Assembly: GCA_046563655.1 (NCBI GenBank)
Contig: CM102287.1
Span: forward strand, 3,906,001 to 3,970,000
Origin: Yuukianura sp. NJ FZ-2021
Taxonomy: Eukaryota
Length of the DNA stretch: 64,000 bases
Direction of reading: 5' to 3'
The notes beneath the pieces are model-generated. The model worked only from the letters and a program-made list of their open reading frames with translations, did not search any database and was not told where the DNA came from. This document shows, piece by piece, positions 50,001 through 60,839 of this stretch. The position numbers were made by a program, and so were the translations under genes. Each line of letters opens with the position of its first letter. The stretch's first letter is position 1.

Positions 50001-52573
50001 TTTTAAAGTTTAGTTTCAACAGTAATGTTATAATGGGAGATGAAAGAGGAGGAATCTGAATTCTATACAAAATTAATTCATAATTTAAAAAAAATGTTTT
50101 GCTCGTGGCGTGAAATTTTTTGAAAAATTGTATGGGAAATACTGAAACTTGAACTTTTGAAAATTTTCTTTACATAATTTTTACAACACATTGTGTTTTT
50201 GAGTAAGTGCGAATTAAATACTTCAAAATTTCAAACAATAGAGCTTTAAAGGGAGTAGTAAACTTTGTAGTAAGCATAGTAAAGTTACAAGTAGTAAAAA
50301 TTTTGCAAAGTTTTTGCACAAGATTCAAAATTTTTTTGAATACAATGAACTACACTTCGCTTTTTCTTTGATGTGTTTGAATTGCAAATTCCGTTTCCTT
50401 CCGGTAAATTTTTCCCTCTTTTTGAGTTTTGCAAAGAACTTTTCTGGTTTATTGAAATTTTCATATTTAAAAATTCTAAATCTGTGCAAATTGTGAAATC
50501 AGAAACGTGAGTTATGAAATTTAATTTTTTATTGTTTTTGAAGTTGAAAATTCAAAATCTGGGATCCGTTACTTTTCATTGTTTTTTTTTCAATCCTAAA
50601 ATCTTCCGTTCCATCTTCCGTGATCGTAAAACTCTCAACTTTCTTCCTCGTTTATAAAAGGAAAAAGAGAAGATGCGATACCGTAAAAGGAACAAACAGG
50701 CAAGGCGCTTATTTAAATCTTGGATTTTAAAATTGACTTTTCAGCTGGGATTTCCCGGGGAAATTGAAAGGCTCGTATATGGAAGAGGTCTGTATTTGGA
50801 GTTTTACGGTATGCGTGTTTGTGCCTCTGGGCACCAATTTATTTTCCTAGGCTGAAGAGGAACTAACGGTACTTTGAGTCATCCCTTCTCCTGACTAATC
50901 TTTCAAAATAACAAAGGAATTCAACAATACAAAGAACAAGGAATCTGTGGATCCAGCTTCTTAAACTAACCCTTTACACTTGCTTCAGAGCAGTTTCATA
51001 CGCATGTGCACTGAAATTTCAAAAAAAATTGAAATTTTGAAATTTTATTTTTGGACTTTTTGATTGGATTCTCATCCCAGTACCTGGTTTAAGCCTTTTT
51101 AAAATTTTGAGTCTGCCAGTATTTAATTCAACGGCGCTCAGATTAGCATAAAATTCAAAATTCGAAATTTTGAATTCTACTCAATTTGTGTTTGAATTAA
51201 ACTTCAATCCATTTCTTTTAATTTGACTAAATTTCACAGTTAATTTAACTTTAAAATGCAAACCAGAAATTTTTGTCTAAAGATAAACGAAAAATACAAA
51301 TTTGAATTTTGCGTTTTTCCAAATTTTCAGTTTTCACTCAAAGCTGCATTTTCACTTTCTCCAGTTTTTAGCCAGCTTTCCATGTTTTACTTTTTTGAAT
51401 TTTTTCACACTCATGTGATTTCTGCTCTTCTAAAAAATTTGGCAAGAATTGCTATCGTCATTTTTGCAAATTGTGTCTTCTTTGTTACATAATGGAAAAT
51501 GAATGGACGTTTGTAATTTTTTTATATAAAGTTTTTTCCCTTGGCTGAACTAGAGAGGAGCGGGTTGAGTGTACTCTGAGATCCATTGGAAACACGTTAT
51601 CAAAAGTACAGTTAGTCTCCTGTGTTGTCTCTAAATCCTGTACTTTGGCAGTGGTTGAGTCAAAGTCTATGCTCAGTGTTAGTGGGAGTAAAAGACTATA
51701 ATAGTTCAAAAGACTATAGCTTTTAAGCAGGAGACGGGAGGCGTCCTTGCTAAAGGCCAACATGAAAGTATAGACTCCAAAAGCCTAGCAGAAAGTGTGA
51801 GAAGTAACGGCACTTCCTCGGTCATTCACCTCCGCCTATTAACATAAACTTCCTTCGTTGCCAAACTTGACATTCGGGGAGCCTCCTCTTGGCCTAAAAA
51901 CGTCTTTTAACTTAACTTAAAATTAAAACTAGTTTTTAACTTAAGTAGTTAAGAAAAAAGTAAGTTTAAGTTAGGGTTAGTTTAAGTTAGGTTTGTATTT
52001 CCCTGGCCTAAGTTGGCAACTGGGAACAGCGTCAGAGAGGATCGATAGTGACATAACTCTGAGAGAGCAAGAACCTAACGGGATACAAGCCTCCTGGCCC
52101 ACACAAAAAAACTTTCCCACATGCTCTCAGGGTTATTGTCCTCTCGTACTTCTCCAAACGGCTCCCACCATGCCCTACCTCATGCTTATAACACAAACAC
52201 AAGAAAAAATGACGAAATTCCGTGACCTTTTGACCTCACAACTTCACAAGTCAAAATTTTGACTCATTTTGACCTTCTACAAGGGTCAAACAAGTCAAAA
52301 TCTGGGTCAAAATTTACTTAATCCTGAATTAAAATGGACAAAAAACGGCATTTTTTGGGAAGAAAATTTTTGACAAAAAGTTTCCGATCAAAAATTTTTG
52401 CTGCAGAGCTGGGAATTTTGGATTTTTTATAATTTCAGTTGGTTTTTCTTAAAATGTTAAAAATTTGGAAAATTTGGAAATAAATTTTGAACAAGAATAG
52501 GTGAGATTTTAGAGGTTTTTCGAAATTTTGAAATTGTAAGGTCAATGAACTCACCTCGAATAGTACTCGGCAT
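38003..52573 (-). CDS. Hr3: Nuclear hormone receptor HR3 (NR1F, ROR orthologue)
   Basis: DBD exon near 43160-43390 ([36 protein letters not shown]...), [22 protein letters not shown] ([26 protein letters not shown]), AF-2 FPALHKELF, stop at 38005-38003. A candidate upstream exon end at 52573-52555 (MPSTIR|A, GTGAG donor) joins in phase; the 5' extent is less certain. Confidence 0.95.
39290..39660 (+). repeat. About 185-bp diverged tandem duplication in an HR3 intron, with a partial third copy near 39770
   Basis: gtcgatgctttgctttttgctgtaaata...cggctcgcatt...gttactgaatc...tttaacaaattata...tttgttagatta occurs twice. Confidence 0.85.
43113..43150. promoter_or_regulatory. Two IR1 palindromes (EcRE-type) in the HR3 intron after the DBD exon
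   Basis: AGGTCATTGACCT at 43113-43125 and AGGTCATTGACCC at 43138-43150, with additional half-sites between and beside them. Confidence 0.5.
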
Positions 52574-52843
52574 CCTAACTTCATCCTTCCATGAACCGTT
52601 GAAGAGAAGAACAAAAAACTGTTGATAATTTTTGAAAACAACCCAAAATTTTAAATTTTTCCAGCACTAGGTCACTCTTTTTCTCTCTCCAGGTCAAAGG
52701 TCACCGCTCTGGAATTTGTGGTATCCCAAGATCCAAATCCAGGCTCCGATTTTCCACTTTTTCCAACACTCACTTTTTTAGACAATTCCGTCTGTGTGGC
52801 AGGCTGTGAAAGAAGGCGGCGGTTCCATGGGGGTCACTGAACT
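52539..52843. promoter_or_regulatory. IR1/DR1 cluster around the candidate HR3 first coding exon
   Basis: AGGTCAATGAACT at 52539-52551, AGGTCAAAGGTCA at 52691-52703, GGGTCACTGAACT at 52831-52843. Confidence 0.5.
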
Positions 52844-55430
52844 CTGGAACTCCAAAATTTAATTCCTCTTTCAAAATTTTGAAAAGTGTGACCCTGTCCA
52901 GCCTTTGTGTTTTGTGTTATGGAGAAGAGTCTCCTGCGTGTGAACTGACTCAAGGAGGAAAGGAGTATTGAACTCGAGTGAGGAAGAGGCAGAGGCAGAA
53001 GGCAGTGGACTCCGAGGAGGCTTTGCTAACTGTACTCTGCCTAAAAAATAAAACACGGGAATCTTCCGCATCAACCACACTCAACCAACAAACAAAACGA
53101 CTTTCAACCAGCACAATCCCAAAAAATACAATCAAAGTCCTAGGCGAAACGTTTGGACAAAGAAAAAACGCAAAAAAAAGCTGAGAGAGAAGAAAAAAAG
53201 AGAAGAAAATTTAGAAAAATCTAAGCTAAGCTACGCATTTTGAAAAAGTAAGATTTTGGATAAAAGTTCTCTGGATGCGATGATGAGAGAGATTAGTTGT
53301 CTTGGCAACGAAGAAAAAATGGATTGAAAAGAAAAATATTTACGACATGGAGAGAATCAAGGAGAAAAAAAATTGAAAAGATTAGCCCGTCGTTGGCATG
53401 GAAACGAGCAGCTCATTTGTGCTGTTTTTCCAAAAGATTTTTTGTATATTTTGATCTTCGAATTTATTGAAATTTTGGATACACAAGAGCACACAGTCTC
53501 GAGTTGCTTAAATTTTTGATTTTGATCATTTCATGTAGACTTTTTTTCAAAATTTGAAAAAAGCGAGGTGTCGAATTTTAAAAATCTGAAAATGTTCATC
53601 CTGGTGGCAGGTTTTGCAAGTTTTTTTTTGTCGATTGAATGTAGTGAATGCTGAATTGCTTTTGGCGAGATGAGATGCACTGTCAGAAGAGTGGGACAGA
53701 GCCAAAGCGGAGGTCCGGCTTCTGCTGAACAATGAAAATTGCGAATATGCGAATTTCGAATTGCAATTCTGGCTAATCCCAGTCACATTTCGCACATCGT
53801 ACTACCTCGTAAGGAGGAATTCAGAGGAAGAGGAACATTGAACTTTTAAAACCTTCCTTGAACGATTTTACTCAGTAGAGGCATTAGGCTTAATCACCAA
53901 CATATTCACACCACTAATGTTTAGCGTCATCACTTCTGTTTAGACACATGATCACTGGCTCAAGTACTACCGTAAAACTTCAAATATAGCTTCAAAAACA
54001 TTGCGAATTTTCTTACTTGCAGTTACGGCAATCGCCAGAAAACTACGTGCAAACTGATTAAAACTAAAGCTTTCTCGACACTATTTTTGGCATTTTCTTC
54101 AAATGGCTTCTTGCTTTTCTATTTTTTTTTAAAGCATTTTTTTTTGTTGAGCAATTTAAGTTTTGATGTTGATGCTTTTGTCTGTAGATCTTTTTGCACA
54201 AATTCATTATTGACCATCAGAAATCATGACTCGCCATCCAATTCAAAACGGATTTCAAATTTCAAAAGCTTTACACCGTCAGCTTATTAAGGATTTGCGT
54301 AACAAAGAAAACAAAAGTTCCGTTAGCTAAACAACTTTTAGTACAAAAAAAAATCGCAGACACGACAAAGGAAACCATGAAAAAGGCTGTGCAAAATTAC
54401 GAGATAAGAAAAGAGAATCAAAATTTTTCATTTTAATTTTTCATTTTTCCCTAAAAATTTTTCCACTGCCAAAACTAGGAAACCTTAACATTACCGGGTA
54501 CACACAAATCTAAGACTTCAAAAAAGTTTTAACACAGTCGGTTCATATTTTTTTCATATTCGGAATCAAAAAACGACAAATTTTTTAACACTTTTAACTA
54601 GAAAGTCAAAAAAAAGTAGTAGCTAGTTTGCTAGTAAGTATCACTAAAAATGTGATTTGTAGAATTGAAATTTCGTGTTTCCCACTTCATCCTTCCTCCG
54701 TCATCATTAAAAAGAAGAAACTGATAGGGTTTGAGTCGTTTCCAGGCGAAGGAGGAAAGATGGAGCAAATGAAAGTAGAAACTTTCACTTTTCTCGTTGA
54801 GAAAGTGAAAGTTAGAATTTCGAAAAGCGTTTGCGCAGAACTGTCCCACCCTTATACCAATTTTATTGATCAAATCAAGTCTCGAGTTCTCCCAGTGTAC
54901 CAAACACGCCTTTTGTACCAAGTCAAACTAAAATCAACAAGTTAACTGTCAGTTAAACTTAATTACTTCAACCAATTCAAACTCACTTTAATCAACATCA
55001 ATTAACTACACACACTCTGTTCAACAAGTGAACACGAACAGACAAACACGCAGAACAGGACGGGCATGGATCAGCAAAAACTGTGACGTTCAACAGCCTT
55101 TTTTAACAGTCTTGTTCTAAGTAATTTTTTAAGTGGCGTTTTACCTCATCACAAAAATTTAAAAAAAAGTTACAAAAACTTAAAAAAGGAATCCAAAATC
55201 CAACCGCTCTGTGATAAATGTCATAAACTTCATAATTTGTAAACTGATATTTTGATTTTTGAATCTTCTTCAAAAATTATTTTCAAAAAGTTACAAAAAG
55301 TAAAGTCAATTTTACGTCCAAAAAAGTTAGCAGGTAAATCTCTGTACTTCCTACGTAAATTGCGAATGAACTTTGAATATTTTCAATTTCAAATTTTCTG
55401 TGCTTTGTTAAAACTTTTCAGTGGGTGAGC

Positions 55431-56288
55431 ATGGGATGCAGCAACAGTCAGTTGCGTCCGATTTTCAGAAGATGTAGACGACGGAGGTCAAAAAAGGAAG
55501 AGGTGACCTTGACCTCTCCAAAAATTGACCTGATCGAGAGAAACGGATCTGCACAGGATCTGTTACAAGGTGTGCAGCTCCTCGGTGCTTCCCTAAGAAA
55601 CAATACTAACAACACTTCCACCACTACTACTTCCCTCATCCCACTCAAATCGTCTACTACGACAGACAGTCCACAGTCTACCACTGACTCCTCTGCCTTT
55701 TGTGTTCCACTCCTGGCTCAGTCGTAATATATTTTTATATTATTTTATATATTTTAATACATTTTAACACATTTTACCAAAATATGGTCATATTTGGTCT
55801 AAATATGCTGCATTTTCTGGGTTTCAGAGAAGCCAGTACGAGCCAAATCGACTTTTTCAGGATGCTGGATCAAAAAATTGAAGAAGTACGAATTTCATTT
55901 TGATTTTGAAGTGCTGACTGCTGAATCCGAAATTATGATTTTGAAGTGCTCAATTTGAAGTCTTGATTTTGGTTTTGAAGTCTTCATTTTGAGTTTGAAG
56001 TGCTGAAATTTTGTTGTTTTTTTAAGTTACAATTTTGGTTTTGAAGTGTTGAATTTGAAGTTTTGATTTTAAGAAAAATGTGAAAGTTTGGAATTTTGAA
56101 ATTTTAAAAATTTTTTGCAGGGCCCGGACTACGATTCGGACGACGAAGAGGATCGGCCGTTGCAGCGTCGCAGTTTACCAGCGCTACGTTTAGACGCTGG
56201 AAGCGATCGTAAAGGATTTCGAAATCCAGCGCCAAAAGGGAATCCGCTTAAATTTACCAATTGGAATTGGGATGAAGAGGGGGACTAG
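55431..56288 (+). CDS. C1orf21: C1orf21/DUF4612-like small lipid-anchored protein (3 exons)
   Basis: MGCSNS N-terminus (myristoylation/palmitoylation type). Splicing yields SQIDFFRMLDQKIEE|GPDYDSDDE, the recalled hallmark motif. TAG at 56286-56288. Confidence 0.8.
55900..56070 (+). repeat. Degenerate TTTTGAAGTG(C)T intronic repeat
   Basis: About 8 variant units in the C1orf21-like intron. Confidence 0.7.
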
Positions 56289-57754
56289 CAGGAGGAGCGA
56301 ACAGGAGGCTTGACCTCTTGACCTTAACCCAGATTGATCTTATTTGTCTAACTTAACTAATCAATTAACTAAACTAATTAATTCCTAAACTACCAACAAT
56401 AGTTAACTAAAACAAGTCAAAACTACTTTTGTACAGAGAATGCTTACGCGATTGCTCTTTTTCTTATTCAAACTCTCCACTTTCCCACCATACTACTCAA
56501 AGCAGTCAATTCCAAAAATGCTTTCAAGACTGAAATTATTGTTTTTAATTGAAGCAATTAACAAGTTAAGCAATTAATCATGAATTGATCATCACACCAA
56601 GAACCAGATGGAACAATCATCATCATCATCTTTCTCTTCATCATCATCATCATCATCTTCATCATCGAGTACTTTATGAAACAAGGCGTTGACGACCGTA
56701 CAAGTACACAACAAATAAAAACCCAAATCATGACAAATTGTACAATAAAAACAGCTTTAACATCTTCTTCTTCGCCAGTAATCCACACTCGAAACAAGTA
56801 AAACTAATTAATTGACTAACTTAATTAATTAACTAACAATGAAATTTCAAAATTCGTTACAATTTAGAAAGTTGTGAGCTGTTTAAGTGGTTTTCTCGTT
56901 ACCGGTTCTTCATTGTCTTGAATTTGTCTCTTTTCATTCATAAATTCTCAGTTTCATTCATAAATATTTTCATTCAAAAAGTATGATGTCATCACTCAGG
57001 AATTTACACACGATTGGAATTTTTTACGCTAAAGCGTGGAGGCATGGCTTTCACAAGCAGACTGCTGGGATTCCCCCAGGAATTCCATTCAAAAAGTTTT
57101 GGTGGGAAATTCGAATTGCCGCAAATTCAAAATTTTAACTTGAATTGGAGCGAAATTTTATGCACAGCTGACTTCTTTGTCTTCTCTCAGGACTGGTTTT
57201 TAACCTTTACTAATTAAGATTAGTTAATTAAGATTCAATTAACTAATTGATTGTGATTAATTGATCTTGATTAATCATCGTCTAGGTATGCTTCTTAGTT
57301 ATGGATACACAGTCTTCTGGATTCTGGCAATGCAAATGAAACAAACGTAAGTAAGTCGTATCGTAATTTTAAACTTGATTTTTATTAATTGAGTTGATTT
57401 GAATTAATTGACGTTCCTAAGAGTTTAATGCTGTTAAGTAATACTTCAACGGGTTTTGATTAAGGTGTTGCGTAGTTTCAGAAATGGGGAGCCTTAAGGG
57501 GTCACCGCAGACACGACAACCTCAAGGGGCCACCGAAGTCACAGTCTAAAGGATTTTTGAAGGACCAGGATGGAGTGAAGAGTCTTAAGGGCCAAAAGAG
57601 GATCAAAAACTATGAATTAATAGTATACGAGCAAGGAAGTATGACATTATTATTGAGGAAGAAGTTTTAAAGAGTTCTACTCATAAGGTAAGTTTTAAAG
57701 TTAACAAATAAATAGTTTGATTGAGATTCTTAGATTAATTAATTAAGAAGTATT

Positions 57755-60700
57755 TTATTTGGAAGATAGCTGTTTGGCCAGTTCCGTATACTTGATGAAT
57801 TTGGAAGTTGGGGAGTCTGAAGGGGGGATGTCGTCCTTGGGTGCTGGAGTGGGACTCTTCTCTTGGACAAAGTGCATCTTGGCCAAGTGGTGACGATAAG
57901 CTCCTTTGGATAGGAACGGACTCTCGCAAAATGTACATTTGAAAACGTTTTCACCGTCGTTGACGGCCCAGTTGAGCCCGAGAAGTGACGTCGGATCGAC
58001 TCCTGTCCAGAAATGTCACGGTTAGATATAATAACGTAACTACAATTGTAATTGACATAAACAGCTGATTTTAACTTGTGATTGGTTGACTTACCAGGCG
58101 ACGACTGTGGATTGGATGACGAAGTACTAGTAGGTCGAGATGCTGACGAAGATGTCACTGGTGGAGTATTATTTTCAGTTTTATCACAAAGCTGTTGAAG
58201 TGCTGCCAGTGGATGATGGGAATTTTGCTGAGAAGAAGAACTGTGATGGAAATGATTGTTTGAAGGTGACGATTTTCCATCTGACGAGCCACCGCCCCCT
58301 CCCGTCCCACCACCAATTGATTCAAACATGGAACTTAGAGCTGACAAACTCGACTTGTTGCCTTTGCTACTTCTCTGTTCATCGCTTCGGTGAGTATCCA
58401 AAGGACAGTCGACGTCCATCTTGTCGTCAACTGCTTGTCCTTTCCGTGACCTTTTAGATTCATGGTGATTGTGATGACCTTTGTTGTTTTCTGCAGGGGA
58501 AGGAGCGATGAGCACTGGAGGAGTTGAGGCCGCTGGAGGCTTCATTTCGTCAGATTTCTCCGAAGATACACTGCGAGGTCGAGAATGTGAAAATTTCGGT
58601 GGTGGAATTGGCAGCATACTGGGATCTAGCAGTGGTTTCGTGTAGTCCACTGATTCGTCGATTCCCAATCGCTTCAAAATGCTAGAAAAAGTAAAAATGT
58701 TAAATTTTCAAAAAGTTCAGAATTTCAGAATCAGTTCAGAATAGTTTTTGAAGTATTCCCGAATTTTTGTAAATTTTAGATGCAACTGACCTAGTACCGA
58801 CCGGTGGAGAAATTGCATGAGCCGAATTATTGCTGGTGCCCTTTGACCTGTAGTCAAATGACTTTTCAATCATTTTCTCAATAGCATTGAGGACAGAAGA
58901 TGCTTCTCGTTTTTCTTCCTTCCCAGTAGTACTGCCAGTACTATTTACGCTGAGATCAGACGCTGATTCAGGTTGATGAAGTTCTCTCTTGGGAGAACGT
59001 TTCTGATTCGTCGTCGTCGTTAATGAGATCGGTCCAGTTCCAGCTCCTGCTCCTTTTTCACACAACCGTAAGTGTTCAACAAAGGCCGGTGCTGGAATTT
59101 TTTCTGAACATTTTTCACAAGTTATCCGAATTTCTTTTTTCATTTCAGAATTTGCTCGTTCCAGTTCCAGCAGTTTGCGTACAGGCAAGCTCTTCTTGCG
59201 TTTTTCACGTGACTGACGACGTCGAGATCCGGATTCTGTAATGGAGCGCATTATGTGCTCCTTGTAGTGAGAATTTTTGACCATGTGATTCGACAGTTCC
59301 TTCAAACTGGAAAAGGCCTAAAATTTCAAAAAAGTTGTTTTTTGTTGTTTTTAGAAAAAAAGTTGACCTTTGACCTCACCTGATCGCAAACTTTGCAAGT
59401 GAGGACAGCACTGACGTGGGAATTGGGCGACGTCGACTTGTCTTCTGACGACCGCCATGAGATCAACTGTTCCTGAGATATGATGTTAGTGTAATGCTGT
59501 GTCTGCTGCATATGTGACGTCATTTCCGCTAACGTCCGGAAACTCTGGCCACACCACATGCATTTGAGGATTTGACGAGTTTGCTCCGCCCCTTTTCCAA
59601 GCCATACGTCTTGACCTCTGACTAGTTTCCGTGGCAGTTGAACTGTTTCTGCAAGAACCAAAGGTCAGAATTTTTGAATTTTGAAGAATTTTCCAAAAAT
59701 TTTAGAAATTGACTAATTTTTGTCTAACCTTTGAGTAGAGCCGCTGAATCGCTGGGAGAAGACGACGGTTTGGGATGACTGACTGTATTGTTGTGGTTTG
59801 ACGCTTGACCGGGACTGTGACCTGGTCCAGATTGACCTTTGGGTGACGGCAAATTTGTCAACGGTGGACCGTGATTGGCTTCCTTCATGTGAGCACTCAA
59901 AGCTAGCAGAGAGGGGAACGTCAGGCGACAGCAGACGCAGCGTAAAACGTCTTTTGTGCCACAGGAACTCTGGGCAAGCCACTGTGCTTGCCATGACGAA
60001 CTGGAGCCACCTTGGTGGGAAAAATTCAAAAATCAGGTTACAACTTTTTTCAAATTTGTTAACTTTAAAGTTAACTAAATGAAAAGTTAAGTTTTAGTTT
60101 TAATTAACTACGATCTCTAGTTAATTTGAGTCTCACTTCTCGTTTTACCTCTTCCAGATGACGATTTCGTCTCACTGTGTCCAACACGACTCAGTTCCGA
60201 CATTTTCTCGAGCGCTTTAGACGTCATGTCCTGCGTCGACGCAGATCCGTTCCACATTCCACGTCCGTCTCTATCTGCTGACCATTTTGCCAGTTTCTTT
60301 GGAGGCGGAGTGCCCTCTTTCTTGTGTGTCACGGACAGGTCAAGTGGACACTCTCCGGAAACACCCGAATGACCACCACGTCTCTGGCTAAAGTCCAGAA
60401 TGGATCCATTCGTAGGAACTGGACTAGGAGTCTTGAATGGTCTGTTTCAAAATTGAAATTTCAAAAAATTTTTAAAAAATTGAACTTGAAATTTGGAATT
60501 TTTTAAAAGTTTTTAGAACTTACGATGGTGAGTGTGATTCCCGTGACTCTGAGCCACCCCGACTACGACTAGGAGAATCTTCAGACTCGCTTGACTTCTG
60601 CTCATCATCAGACGAGTTGTCATCTGCTGATGATTCTGACAGGTACAAATCAAACATTGATTAATCGATTAATTAGTAACTGAATTGATTAATATTTGAT

Positions 60701-60839
60701 TAATTTAGTTTGTGTGTTGTGTTACCTCCCCCAGGATTAGCCGAATTGTCATTGCAATTCAATGACAGAGCAAGAGGCATGGCTCCGCCCTCTTTTGACT
60801 TCCGCAAAGCCGCTGCTGCTGCCAAGTTTTCCAGTTCCC
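57755..60839 (-). CDS. tio: Tiptop/Teashirt zinc-finger transcription factor (first coding exon not identified)
   Basis: PLDLS CtBP motif; KLVRGQDVWLGKGAEQTRQILKCMWCGQSF, VLTCKVCDQAF..LSNHMVKNSHY, KKSLPVRKLLELER, HPLAALQQLCDKTE, CTFCESPFLSKGAYRHHLAKMH, KFIKYTELAKQLSSK*. Confidence 0.93.
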
